Notes under the pieces: generated by a model
The model's database searches: none
What the model was told of the DNA's origin: nothing
What the model saw: the letters and a program-made list of their open reading frames with translations, nothing else
Part shown: piece after piece, positions 10,648 to 20,462 of the stretch
Layout of the letters: every line of letters begins with the position of its first letter
Position numbering within the stretch: the first letter of the stretch is position 1
DNA from: an uncultured Chthoniobacterales bacterium
GTDB taxonomy: Bacteria; Verrucomicrobiota; Verrucomicrobiia; Chthoniobacterales; CALDSX01
Assembly (NCBI GenBank): GCA_937924445.1
Contig: CALDSX010000009.1
Span: 25,141-89,140 of the forward strand
Direction of reading: 5' to 3'
DNA: 64,000 nucleotides
Translations under genes and position numbers: made by a program

Positions 10648-10694
10648 TTCTCTGGAACTCGTTGGCTTCGCGTTGCCGTCAAATATTTTTGATT

Positions 10695-11108
10695 CTACTC
10701 CGAAGATTGACGGATCACTGCGGCGATAGCAGTTTTGTCGAATTCAAGCTTTACGTTGTCGCCGGCCTTTAAAATAAACGTTTTATCCTTCACATTGGCC
10801 ACAATTCCGTGAAGCCCGGCGTTTGTAACCACTTTGTCACCCGTTTTCACCGAGCCGATGAGTTTTTCGTGCTCCTGCTGCTTCTTTTTCTGCGGACGGA
10901 TCATCACAAAATAGAGGAGCACAAACATGAAAATGACCGGCGTGAGCATATCGAGAAGGCTCGGCTGTGGCGGTGCGATAGGCACCTGTGCCGGAGGCTC
11001 GGTGGCGACCTGGGCAAGAAAAACAGGATGATTATTCATAGCTAAATCATTCATCGGTGCGAAACGGTTTTTTGCCAAGGGAAAGTTACAAAATGAGGTG
11101 TCGGACAA
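10695..11108 (-). CDS. yajC: Preprotein translocase subunit YajC
   Basis: A single TM followed by MIRPQKKKQQEHEKLIGSVKTGDKVVTNAGLHGIV. The true start may be an internal Met (11054 or 11039). Confidence 0.85.
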   Translation of the reverse strand: MSDTSFCNFPLAKNRFAPMNDLAMNNHPVFLAQVATEPPAQVPIAPPQPSLLDMLTPVIFMFVLLYFVMIRPQKKKQQEHEKLIGSVKTGDKVVTNAGLHGIVANVKDKTFILKAGDNVKLEFDKTAIAAVIRQSSE

Positions 11109-11578
11109 AGGTTTTTTAGCATCTGAGAGTGATTTAAAACTGATGGATGAGGTTTGGCAAAATCAACGAATAAAAATTTCTAACGACACTCGATTTTCAT
11201 TTTACTCTGAACGGCATTTAGAGAAGAGCCCTGGCAGAACAAATCCGTTCCGTTTGTCGCAACAGTCGCTTTCGCGCTGAGGGTTTTGTGAATTTTGTCT
11301 AGGGCGTTATCTTTCCGCGCACACACAGCATGATACTGACATTGATTTCGCGGTTCCTGAAAATCTGGCTCCCAGCCGCGCAAGAGGTCCAGAATTAAAA
11401 ACCGCCCCAGAGGAGTTGTTCTTGGTTTGACCGACCGTTTGCGCCTCTCCTTGCAGAGTCCGCTCGAGGATGAGGGCAACGGATGAAAAGCCCGACGCTT
11501 TTTTCTTCTCTCCTTAGCCTGAAAAGCAAGTCGCTTCTAGCAACAACAACAAACAAGTTCGAAAAAAAATTTTGCGGA

Positions 11579-12229
11579 CTACTTTTTCTCGTCGCCTTCG
11601 TCCTTCTTCTTCTCTTTAAGAACTTCCGGCTGAGTGGGCCCCCCTTCAGAGGTTGCCTCAGAAACGCGAGGTTCGGAGACCAGAAAGACAGTCAAATCCG
11701 CATCTGAGACTACCCGAACACCCTGAGGAAGCGGTAGGTCACCAACGTGCAGTGATTGTCCGAGGCCGAGCCCGGTGACGTCCACATGGATGACATCCGG
11801 AAGATCTTTGGGAAGGCATTCGATAGTGATATGGCGGATGAGTTGTTCGAGCAATCCGCCAAAGTTGCGGACGCCTGCAGCTTCTCCGATCGGTTCGATA
11901 TTAACCTCTGTTTGAATGGTCTCGTCCATGGAGACCTCGTGGAAATCCACATGCAAAATACGCCCGGAGATTGGTTCATGCTGGACTTCTTGAATGAGAG
12001 CCAACCGGTTTTTGTTTTCCCCGGCGATTTGGAGATTTACGAGGAGATTTTCGCCCGCCGCATGGGAGAGGAGATTGGAGATCTCTCGCTCGTTAACCTG
12101 AAGATTGGCAGGTGGATTTTTAGAGCTGTAAATGTTTGCTGGGACAATTCCTGAAGTACGCAATCGTTTGGCGGGTTGGCGTCCGGTGGAATTGCGCGGC
12201 GTGGCGGTTAATTTAAGCTGATTTGTCAT
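11579..12229 (-). CDS. rplY: 50S ribosomal protein L25 / general stress protein Ctc
   Basis: 216 aa. RxxxGxxxARRLR-like N-terminus (TGRQPAKRLRTSGIVPANIY), a two-domain length, and a Lys/Glu-rich tail. It lies immediately downstream of prs, the conserved prs-ctc pairing. Confidence 0.9.
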   Translation of the reverse strand: MTNQLKLTATPRNSTGRQPAKRLRTSGIVPANIYSSKNPPANLQVNEREISNLLSHAAGENLLVNLQIAGENKNRLALIQEVQHEPISGRILHVDFHEVSMDETIQTEVNIEPIGEAAGVRNFGGLLEQLIRHITIECLPKDLPDVIHVDVTGLGLGQSLHVGDLPLPQGVRVVSDADLTVFLVSEPRVSEATSEGGPTQPEVLKEKKKDEGDEKK

Positions 12230-12315
12230 AGTGCGTAGGAAGCTGGTTTAGGAGATGTCGGGTTATCAGGTGTTTGTGGCGTGAAGAAAGTTCGGTCGAA
12301 TGTTCATTCGGCGGA

Positions 12316-13269
12316 CTAAGGGTGGTCGCCATTGATTTCAAAAAGCGAGGTCACCGATTCATTTTCGTGGATTCTCCGAATCCCCTCACCCAAAAGTCCG
12401 GCGATCGAGACGACCGAGAGAGAAATGTTTTCCGCCTCGGGAATTGGAGTTGAGTCCGTAGTGATTAATTGACGGATTTTTGAATTTTTCAAGCGTTCGA
12501 ACGCAAGAGGTGTGAGCACTGCGTGAGAGACCCCCGCATAGACAGCGGTTGCGCCATGTTTTTCGAGGATGGTTGCGGCACTTGTGAGGGTGCCAGCAGT
12601 CTCGGTAAGGTCATCGGTCATGAGCACAACCTTGCCTGAGACGTCACCGATCACATGGAGAGCCTCAATTTCTGTAGCGCTGCGTCGGCGCTTGGCAACG
12701 ATAGCCAAATCTGCTTTGAGTGCGTGTGCATAAGCTGAGGCCATTTTGATACCGCCAACATCAGGTGTCACTACCACTTCAGGGCGTATGCCGTGGTCGC
12801 GCATGTGCTTAATAAGAACCGGCATCGCATAGAGATGATCTACAGGAATATCGAAAAAGCCCTGAACTTGTTGGGCATGAAGATCCACTGTCATCACCCG
12901 GCCGACGCCTGCAGCCACCAGGAGATTTGCGACAAGTTTTGCGGTGATCGGCACGCGAGGCTGGTCTTTGCGATCTTGTCGTGCGTATCCAAAAAACGGT
13001 ATGACCGCGGTGATGCGCGCCGCACTGGCTCGACGGGCAGCATCCACCATGATCAGAAGCTCCATGAGATTTTGATTTGTGGGGGGACAGGTGGACTGAA
13101 CTATAAAGACATCTCGGCCGCGAACGTTTTCGTTAATTTTTACAAAAGTCTCACCGTCAGGGAAAGACGTCACTGTGGCGTCTCCCAGCGGAACGCCAAC
13201 ATGCTGCGCAATTTTCTTGGCCAGCGCGGGGTGCGATGTCCCACCGAAAATTTTCAGTTCGCGGCTCAT
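12316..13269 (-). CDS. prs: Ribose-phosphate pyrophosphokinase
   Basis: 317 aa. DLHAQQVQGFFDIPVDHL and the PRPP-binding loop VLMTDDLTETAGTL. Confidence 0.97.
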   Translation of the reverse strand: MSRELKIFGGTSHPALAKKIAQHVGVPLGDATVTSFPDGETFVKINENVRGRDVFIVQSTCPPTNQNLMELLIMVDAARRASAARITAVIPFFGYARQDRKDQPRVPITAKLVANLLVAAGVGRVMTVDLHAQQVQGFFDIPVDHLYAMPVLIKHMRDHGIRPEVVVTPDVGGIKMASAYAHALKADLAIVAKRRRSATEIEALHVIGDVSGKVVLMTDDLTETAGTLTSAATILEKHGATAVYAGVSHAVLTPLAFERLKNSKIRQLITTDSTPIPEAENISLSVVSIAGLLGEGIRRIHENESVTSLFEINGDHP

Positions 13270-13515
13270 TAAAGTGGAGTAGTGAAGATCAATAGTTCAA
13301 ATTTTGAAGATCTCAGGTGGCTCCGGGGAATTTGTCAAATGCCAGGACAAGCTTCCACAAAGCCTTCAGTTAGCCTTCAATTCGGGTAGAGGGTAAAGAA
13401 AAGAAACTACCCGATTTCAGATCGGGATGCAAGTGATGATTATGGAGAATGGGGACCTTTCGCGTGGGAGGTGACTAGAATCGCCTAGATCACGCACCGG
13501 TGGCCGGCGGCCATT

Positions 13516-14058
13516 TTAGTCGACGTCTCGGTCGTGTTCATAATGAGATGTCTTTTTGCCCTTTTCAGCTTTACCGACAGTTTGGTTGTGACGAAAATCA
13601 GGTCGGCGGATGAGACCGCCCGACTCTGCGATGAAAATGCCGGACACCAACGCCGCGACGCAAAAGAGTGCTGCAATTGACGCAGGAGTGCGAATCTGTT
13701 GAGGTCTCAAAAGAACCAAGCCAAGACTAATAGTTGAGACGAGAGCAGAGGCATACATCAGCTTAGACCATGTCTCTGCGCGGTGCTCATGCTCTTCAAT
13801 AAACCTCTCTGCCTGAGGATCAAGGTTCCGCACGGCCACGCTATGTTCGTAACGCTCTGCAGCTTCCTCGCCGGTGCCCATGACAAACGGAGTTACCCAC
13901 CCAGAGAGACTGGCAATCTCCAGACCAGCTAGAACTGTCATTCGATTTTGCGCAAAAATTCCCATCACAAGGGGAATAAGCGCAAAACCCGCGCCAAGGA
14001 ACGGGAGATGGTTTAAAGCGACATGAAGATGTTCGGGATTGAACAAGGAGGAATTCAT
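13516..14058 (-). CDS. Hypothetical integral membrane protein (4 predicted TM segments)
   Basis: 180-aa ORF. Hydrophobic segments are separated by a charged loop (EEAAERYEHSVAVRNLDPQAERFIEEHEHRAE). I recognised no family motif. Confidence 0.55.
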   Translation of the reverse strand: MNSSLFNPEHLHVALNHLPFLGAGFALIPLVMGIFAQNRMTVLAGLEIASLSGWVTPFVMGTGEEAAERYEHSVAVRNLDPQAERFIEEHEHRAETWSKLMYASALVSTISLGLVLLRPQQIRTPASIAALFCVAALVSGIFIAESGGLIRRPDFRHNQTVGKAEKGKKTSHYEHDRDVD

Positions 14059-14104
14059 TTTTTAGCCGCCTATTTTCGTGTTCTCTTGAGGTTATAACAA
14101 TTCT

Positions 14105-14133
14105 TTGACCCGTCAACAAGTTGCGAGTATCAA
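14105..14133 (+). promoter_or_regulatory. Candidate sigma-70 promoter for the SulP transporter gene
   Basis: TTGACC (14105-14110), a 17-nt spacer, then TATCAA (14128-14133), about 90 nt upstream of the ATG at 14221. Pattern match only. Confidence 0.35.
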
Positions 14134-14220
14134 GGAGCGAAGCGGAACGATGAATTCATACCGGTAACTGAATTTTCTTGTGGCGGCAAAAGTCACGCCC
14201 AGCAGATAGAATCCGTCATT

Positions 14221-16605
14221 ATGATGATGTGGAAAATGCAAAAAGAAAAAATTACCACATTCAAGCCCTCGTCGTTAGTCACCGGGCTTCTCAGGTATGC
14301 CCGCACAGATGCACGCGCTGATCTGATTGCCGGACTGACTGTTGCTGTAATGGGCGTCCCTCAGGCGATGGCCTATGCTCTCATCGCGGGGTTGCCTCCG
14401 ATTTACGGGCTCTACACGGCAATTATTCCCACGATCGTTGCGGCAATTTTTGGAAGTTCAAACCATCTTTCCACAGGACCCACTAACGCGGTCTGCATGG
14501 TCATTTTCAGTCTCACAGCGGCATTGCCTCAAAGGTATGGGGTCAGCCAGCTTGAGGTTGTTTTATTGTTAACCTTCTTAGCCGGATTCTTTCAGGCGCT
14601 TTTTGGTTTTATGAACCTAGGCGGCGTGGTGCGTTACGTGTCAAACTCTGTTGTTGTCGGTTTCACCGCCGGCGCTGGAATATTGATCTCGGTTAATCAA
14701 CTCAAGAGTCTCTGTGGTATTGAAGTCTCTGCAGAGCCGGGTGCCCATTTTCTCGTTACGTTATGGAGGACATTGTCGCATATTGACCAGAGCAATCCCT
14801 ACGCTCTTACGATAGGATTGGGAACAATTGTTATTCTTGCCCTGTTCAAAAAGTTTGCATCGCGGTTCCCGGGCCAGCTTGTGGCGATCATCTTACTTTC
14901 GACCGTGGCTTTTCTTCTCGGGTGGGACGGAGAGGGTATGGGGGCACAGCGGGTGAAGGTTGTGAGCGACATCCAGGAAATAAAGCCTGCACTCGAGCCG
15001 TTCAGTATCCCACATCTTCTGAGACATCCGAATCTGAATCTCCTGCGAGATTTGCTTGGCGGTGCGCTTTCCTTAGCGATTCTTGGGCTGATTGAGTCCA
15101 CTTCGATTGCGCGATCTATCGCCTCGAGCTCGGGACAGCGCCTGGATTTTAACCGCGAGTTTATTGCTCAAGGTATTGCCAAGTTGGTTGGCTCCTGCTT
15201 CCATTGTTTTGCATCGTCAGGTTCGTTCACTCGGAGTGCGATTGCTTTCCAGGCGGGAGGACGCACCCGCATGGCGGGGTGCATAGCAGGTGTCTGCACT
15301 GGGATGATTCTTTTGCTTTTTGGACCGCTGGCCAACCACATCCCCCTTGGTTGTCTTGCGGGCATTATTGTTTTCACCGCGGCAACGATGGTCAAACGCG
15401 AGCGATTTTTAATGACCTGGAAATCGGGCGTCAACTCCCGGATTGTCCTCGGAGGCACACTTGCCGCAACATTGCTCATGCCTCTTGAGACAGCCGTTTT
15501 TGCAGGTGTTATGATTTCCATCGTCATTTTGCTTCGCGTCACCGGAAAGCCCGACCTCACGCAACTCGTCCAACATCCAGACTATGGCTTCGAGGAGGTG
15601 CCCTTCAACCGCGCTGCACCATCTCCGGTGGCAATTATCAATATCGAGGGTGATCTCTATTTCGCTGCGGCCGAGGATCTTGATTATGAACTTCTCCACG
15701 CCCTCCGGCCGGAAACGAGGGTGGTGGTGTTGCGGATGAAACGTCTCCGAGCCGTAGGCAGTAGCGCCATGTCAATGTTAGAACATTTTCATGAACTTCT
15801 TCATGCCCGTGGAATTCATCTGATCGTTTGCGGTGTTGAGGAAGAAATGAGCGACGTGCTCACCGGATCCGGAGTTCGTAAGTTAATCGGAGAACAGAAT
15901 ATCTTTTATGCCGATAACCGGATTTTTCAGTCCACCGAACTCGCTCTCGCTCGGGCAATGAGTATCGTCGAAATGCAGCGAACTCGCTCGGAGTCGACAA
16001 CAGTTGCCGCGCAGAGCCAAGCACTAGTGGATATTACCGCAGCAGGGCTTATGCAGCGACGCTGCCTTCGTTTTGGCGCAAAACATCAGACCCGTGAGGC
16101 GATGTGGCTCATTTCGCAGTTTCAACAAAAGATGAAGACAGGTCATCCTCAAACCGTTTTCCTCCAGGACGAGGAGGGAAAGCTGTGCGGTGAAATCTCT
16201 CTGCGCTCCATTCTCAAACAGCTCGCTGGGACGATTTCCGACGAAATGGCATCTGAGATTGACGACGCAACCCTCGCAAAGCTCATGGAACCCAAACTTT
16301 TTCAAAGTATCTTATCGTTTTCTCTTCACCACCCGATTACCCTGGCGCACGACACCCCGCTTGTACAAGTGTTCTCGCGTGCGGCGAGGCATGGGTTCCG
16401 CCCGATGCCTGTTTCCGACCGTCATGGCCGTCTGGTCGGTGTGTTTGACGAACTCGCCATGCTTCGCGGTCTGACAATGCTGGTCAAAACAGCCAACAGA
16501 GCCGCAGAAACAGATCTCAATCATCCTGTCGGCGGAGATGACACGGAATCCTCCTCAACATCCTCCGGCAATTCAACGCATCACTTCAAGGAGAATGTCA
16601 CGTGA
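14221..16605 (+). CDS. SulP-family anion transporter fused to STAS and a C-terminal CBS pair
   Basis: 794 aa. SulP core (DLIAGLTVAVMGVPQAMAYALIAGLPPIYGLYTAI). STAS-like segment (VAIINIEGDLYFAAAEDL...VVVLRMKRLRAVGSSAM). Two CBS-like modules follow (...VFLQDEEGKLCGEISLRSILKQL and ...RPMPVSDRHGRLVGVFDELAMLRGL). Confidence 0.9.
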   Translation: MMMWKMQKEKITTFKPSSLVTGLLRYARTDARADLIAGLTVAVMGVPQAMAYALIAGLPPIYGLYTAIIPTIVAAIFGSSNHLSTGPTNAVCMVIFSLTAALPQRYGVSQLEVVLLLTFLAGFFQALFGFMNLGGVVRYVSNSVVVGFTAGAGILISVNQLKSLCGIEVSAEPGAHFLVTLWRTLSHIDQSNPYALTIGLGTIVILALFKKFASRFPGQLVAIILLSTVAFLLGWDGEGMGAQRVKVVSDIQEIKPALEPFSIPHLLRHPNLNLLRDLLGGALSLAILGLIESTSIARSIASSSGQRLDFNREFIAQGIAKLVGSCFHCFASSGSFTRSAIAFQAGGRTRMAGCIAGVCTGMILLLFGPLANHIPLGCLAGIIVFTAATMVKRERFLMTWKSGVNSRIVLGGTLAATLLMPLETAVFAGVMISIVILLRVTGKPDLTQLVQHPDYGFEEVPFNRAAPSPVAIINIEGDLYFAAAEDLDYELLHALRPETRVVVLRMKRLRAVGSSAMSMLEHFHELLHARGIHLIVCGVEEEMSDVLTGSGVRKLIGEQNIFYADNRIFQSTELALARAMSIVEMQRTRSESTTVAAQSQALVDITAAGLMQRRCLRFGAKHQTREAMWLISQFQQKMKTGHPQTVFLQDEEGKLCGEISLRSILKQLAGTISDEMASEIDDATLAKLMEPKLFQSILSFSLHHPITLAHDTPLVQVFSRAARHGFRPMPVSDRHGRLVGVFDELAMLRGLTMLVKTANRAAETDLNHPVGGDDTESSSTSSGNSTHHFKENVT

Positions 16606-17093
16606 CCGCTGCAGATCTTCTCACAGGTAAGTTCGTTCGGATTGGCGAATCGCACACAGTGGCGGAGGCTATCGGCATTATATTCGATCCGGAATCTTCC
16701 TCCCTTCGTGAAATTATCGTCGTTGTCCTCGCCGGAGATGGTTCATATCTGGGGATCGTCGAGCCCCGCGATATTCTTGAAAGTCTTGGTACAGAGCTTT
16801 CTCTCGCGGGTGACGACCCAGTGGCCCAGGTGGAGGGAATTCGGCGGGGGCTTGCAGTTGCTGTTTCAGAGATCGCAAAGCGAAACATTCCTGCGGCTCG
16901 AAAGTTGGACAACCTCGCCACACTTCTTACGATTGCCGCACGGACCGATGCCTCTGCCATTCCTGTATTCGAAAAACGCCAGTTTGTTGGTGTGATTCAT
17001 GTGACAGCCCTCTTCGACGCCCTCTGTAAAGCAACAATTGCCGTTGAAGAATCAACGCTTCCTTTTATGTCTGGAAATCCCCAGAAATCATAA
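16602..17093 (+). CDS. Stand-alone CBS-pair domain protein
   Basis: 163 aa. The GTG start overlaps the SulP stop (GTGA). Two CBS-like halves are present (VVVLAGDGSYLGIVEPRDILESL and AIPVFEKRQFVGVIHVTALFDAL). Confidence 0.8.
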   Translation: MTAADLLTGKFVRIGESHTVAEAIGIIFDPESSSLREIIVVVLAGDGSYLGIVEPRDILESLGTELSLAGDDPVAQVEGIRRGLAVAVSEIAKRNIPAARKLDNLATLLTIAARTDASAIPVFEKRQFVGVIHVTALFDALCKATIAVEESTLPFMSGNPQKS

Positions 17094-17273
17094 CATTTTT
17101 CGCGACGCTCGCTCGGCTGCTCTTTCTCCTGCAAGCTCATAAATTTTTTCTCAAAAAAACGGTCGAGTCGGAAGAAAAGTGATAATTTTGATCAAAGCGA
17201 AAAGATACACAGGCACAAATCATTCCTCATAATAAAATCAAACCAGTTTACAAAGTTTGCCTTCAAGTCGCCC

Positions 17274-17969
17274 ATGTCGAACTCTCGTCACATCCTTTCC
17301 CATTTCGATGCGTCTCTAAATGAGTTGTATGAGCAGCTCTATTTTATGGCCGGGCTCGTGGAGCAGAGTTTACGCAATGCACAGGAAGGTCTTTTGCTGA
17401 GAGACGTTGCAGCCTGCAATCGCGCGATAGCCGATGATGTGGATATTGACAATCTCGAGGTTCGAATTGATCAGATTGGGCTCGCGGTCTTGGTTCGATT
17501 TCAGCCAGTGGCCATCGACATGCGTCGCGTCATCACCGCGATGAAAATTTCTTCGCATCTTGAACGTATTGCTGACCAGGCCACCAGTATCGCCCGGCGA
17601 GCAAAGAAACTTAATGACATGGAGTATTTGCCCGAGACCGCACTCACCGGGCCGATGTTTGAATTTGCCGCCACAAATCTTAAAGACAGCATCGCGGCGC
17701 TCAGTAATCAAAAAATGCTAGAAGCGAGAGCTATTAAGGAAAAGGATCGAGATCTCGACAAGATGTATCGCGAATTGAGTGTCAAAATCAACTCACTTTT
17801 CGGTGCTCGACCTCAATTTGCCGAGGCTTTTGTTCATCTGCTTTTTGTTGCGGGCAGTCTCGAACGCATCGGGGATTTTGCAAAAAACATCGCTGAGGAT
17901 ACCATTTTCATGATCTCCGCTGAGGATATTCGTCACACACCAACAGTTGACACGGCTGCCAATATCTAG
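17274..17969 (+). CDS. phoU: PhoU-family phosphate signalling/transport accessory protein
   Basis: 231 aa with a duplicated PhoU repeat. Signatures are HLERIADQATSIARRA and SLERIGDFAKNIAED. Confidence 0.9.
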   Translation: MSNSRHILSHFDASLNELYEQLYFMAGLVEQSLRNAQEGLLLRDVAACNRAIADDVDIDNLEVRIDQIGLAVLVRFQPVAIDMRRVITAMKISSHLERIADQATSIARRAKKLNDMEYLPETALTGPMFEFAATNLKDSIAALSNQKMLEARAIKEKDRDLDKMYRELSVKINSLFGARPQFAEAFVHLLFVAGSLERIGDFAKNIAEDTIFMISAEDIRHTPTVDTAANI

Positions 17970-18775
17970 GTTAGGCTGAGAGAGAGGACGTCACTCTCTT
18001 CTGGCGCCGAGGTACTTGGCTCTCTATTTTCGCCAGTAATTTCGAGGTAAATTCGACGGCTTGTTTTTCCGGTTTCAGGGTCCATTATTTGGACTCTCAT
18101 CTGCTTGAGGATCCATCCGATGGACGATTTTTGGGCTGAAATGACTTCGAACCGGCGCGTTAACTTTCCTTGCCAGTTATGCCCGTCCATCCGCATAATT
18201 GCGCCATTTGCCTGGTCTATCCAGGCAAAGACCACCATGTGCCGAGCAGTGCGACTCGGGGCATTGAGGCGCACAAGGTAACATTTACGAGTCTTGACCA
18301 TCTCCTGACGTTCAATAAGGGCATCCGGCCAATAGAGGAAATCGAGCGCTAATTCTCCCTTGGCCAACCCGGTCGATCCGATCTGTGAAGAGGGATCAAC
18401 TTCTGACATCGCTGAGCCATCCCGAATTTCCCGCAACACTGGTGCGGAGGGTCCAAATTCGAGCTCGAAAATCTGCCCAAGAGTAGGGAACGTGTAGCGG
18501 ACCCGCCCAGGCACCGCCTCTAATCCGAATGGCAGAGAGTCTCGTCCGTTCCGAAGCCGACCCTCGAGCCGCATTGGACGAGCGGTCGCGTTGAGACGAG
18601 CTGCCTCGAGCAACTCGCGCGGATTCGGCCAGTTTGAGCGGTCTTCTGCAAATATGGCGTTGCCAAATGACAGGTAGACTACGCAGCAGCAGCTCGCGCA
18701 CAGTAAAGAGAACCTCGACAATTTTGATTTTGAACAGAGTAACCGCTGCATATACACTCTCATTTTCTTTGGCAA
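17966..18775 (-). CDS. Hypothetical secreted protein, possibly LolA-like / lipoprotein-sorting fold
   Basis: 269 aa. N-terminal hydrophobic signal-like segment (FSLLCASCCCVVYLSFGNAIFA). The body is beta-rich. The fold suggestion is from general resemblance only. The stop overlaps the phoU stop by 4 nt (convergent). Confidence 0.45.
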   Translation of the reverse strand: MPKKMRVYMQRLLCSKSKLSRFSLLCASCCCVVYLSFGNAIFAEDRSNWPNPRELLEAARLNATARPMRLEGRLRNGRDSLPFGLEAVPGRVRYTFPTLGQIFELEFGPSAPVLREIRDGSAMSEVDPSSQIGSTGLAKGELALDFLYWPDALIERQEMVKTRKCYLVRLNAPSRTARHMVVFAWIDQANGAIMRMDGHNWQGKLTRRFEVISAQKSSIGWILKQMRVQIMDPETGKTSRRIYLEITGENREPSTSAPEESDVLSLSLT

Positions 18776-18845
18776 ACTCTCTCCGGCAACGTCTTTTTCT
18801 ATGCTACCAAATTTATCTTCCTTCTCAATTTCGGTTTAAGCTGCT

Positions 18846-20462
18846 TTGAAACATCGCCACTTTTTCCTCATCGCCAATTTTGCGCTTGTGTTTCTCACCG
18901 TGGCCCGACTGTTCCTTTCTGCTACGATGGAGCTGTCTCCGGATGAATCTTACTACTACCTTTGGTCTCAGCGTCTGGATTGGGCATACTACAGCAAAGG
19001 CCCTGGTGTCGCTCTCGCAATCAAACTCGGCACACTGCTTTTTGGGCCCACAGAACTCGGTGTCCGGCTGCTGAGCCCGTTTCTTGCGCTTGGCACAAGC
19101 CTTTTAATTTTTTGGCTCACAAATCGCCTTTATGGCTTGACCGCAGGCCTCTGGGCGACAGTGCTCGTCAATAGTCTGCCCATTTTTAATGTCGGCGCAA
19201 CGGTTATGACCATTGACCCGCTCTCGATTTTCTTCTGGGTTGCTGCGCTTTGCGCGTTCTGGCTTGCGCTGGAACGTGCCCATAAGCTCTCCGGATGGTG
19301 GCTGGTTTCTGGATTGCTTGTTGGTGCTGGTTTTCTTTGCAAATACACCAACGCCTTTCAGATTCTCTCGATGCTGCTAGTGCTCCTTGTGGTGCGACGT
19401 CACCGGCCTCATTTGTGGCGGGGGGGTGTTTTTCTTTTGCTTATCGGGTTTTCTCCCGGCCTTATACCGCCTCTTCTTTGGAATGTAAGCCATGCCTGGG
19501 TGACTGCCAACCATTTACTCGATCGTGGAGGTCTCACAAACAGCGCGGGATGGCAGCCTTTTGATATCCTCACCTACCTCCTCATGCATTTCGGCGTTTA
19601 TTCGCCGTTTATCTTTTTGGGCATGACAATAGCTGCTGGCGCTGCCATCAAAGCTGCCAGAAACCACTTTCGTCCCTTGTTTTTGCTCTGTTTTGCGGCC
19701 CCTATCATTTTGTTCTATTTTGGCCTTTCGCTCAAGCAGGTCGGCGAAGTGAACTGGACCGCCCCCGGCTTTGTAACACTAGGCATTCTAACCGCAGGCT
19801 ATTGGTCGGAACGTATTTCCCTATCCGTGGCGGCCCAGCGCTGGAGTTTTGCCGCTGTTATTTTAAGCCTGGGTATGACGGTGGCGCTCCTTTGTTCTGA
19901 CCTGCTCCGCAGCGCGGGTGTACCATGGCCCTACGCTCTTGACCCTGGCACTCGGCTGCGTGGTTGGAAATCTGCGGCGACGGAACTCGATGCGGTGCGT
20001 AAAAAATTTGAGCGCGACCACCCTGAGCTGGGACCTGTCTTTTTAATCGCGAATAAATACGGCACAGCCGCCGCGCTTGCATTTTATCTGCCCGACAAAA
20101 GAACCGAAGGCCCGGCTCATCCACCAATTTACACGCCCGAGTCTCAGGATATCACAAACCAATTTGCCTTCTGGCCGCGATATGATGAACACCTTCTCCC
20201 GGAAGGAGAACCACTTCCGCGCATGCAGGAAAAACTCGAATTTACAGAAGAAGCCGGTATAAACCCCTTCATGGGGCGCACCGCGCTTTTCATCACGGAC
20301 GACGTCTCGCCGGATGGAATCTCACCAAAGTCCCCACACGAAGTGGAGCGGGGTTTTGGCCGCTTCGCCCGTCTAGGTGATATTGTCATTGAACGGCACG
20401 ACGAAAAAATCCGGGTGCTCCGCATTTTCGCGTGTTACAGATACAAAGGTCTTGATTTATGA
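18846..20462 (+). CDS. GT-C (family 39, ArnT/PMT-like) membrane glycosyltransferase
   Basis: 538 aa, about 11-12 TM segments. N-terminal SPDESYYYLWSQRLDWAYYSKGPG loop, typical of ArnT/PMT_2-type enzymes. Soluble C-terminal domain. TTG start in the track. Confidence 0.8.
   Translation: MKHRHFFLIANFALVFLTVARLFLSATMELSPDESYYYLWSQRLDWAYYSKGPGVALAIKLGTLLFGPTELGVRLLSPFLALGTSLLIFWLTNRLYGLTAGLWATVLVNSLPIFNVGATVMTIDPLSIFFWVAALCAFWLALERAHKLSGWWLVSGLLVGAGFLCKYTNAFQILSMLLVLLVVRRHRPHLWRGGVFLLLIGFSPGLIPPLLWNVSHAWVTANHLLDRGGLTNSAGWQPFDILTYLLMHFGVYSPFIFLGMTIAAGAAIKAARNHFRPLFLLCFAAPIILFYFGLSLKQVGEVNWTAPGFVTLGILTAGYWSERISLSVAAQRWSFAAVILSLGMTVALLCSDLLRSAGVPWPYALDPGTRLRGWKSAATELDAVRKKFERDHPELGPVFLIANKYGTAAALAFYLPDKRTEGPAHPPIYTPESQDITNQFAFWPRYDEHLLPEGEPLPRMQEKLEFTEEAGINPFMGRTALFITDDVSPDGISPKSPHEVERGFGRFARLGDIVIERHDEKIRVLRIFACYRYKGLDL

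Noticed and set aside
11180-11479. The 99-aa minus-strand ORF in the ctc-yajC gap. Its segment FLILDLLRGWEPDFQEPRNQCQY faintly resembles the Pth N-terminal motif (LIVGLGNPGxEYxxTRHNxGF), suggesting a pth remnant.
   Set aside because: Only about 5 identities, and a gap is needed. The rest of the ORF shows no Pth similarity. The remaining space is too short for pth. It cannot be distinguished from chance without tblastn or profile scoring.
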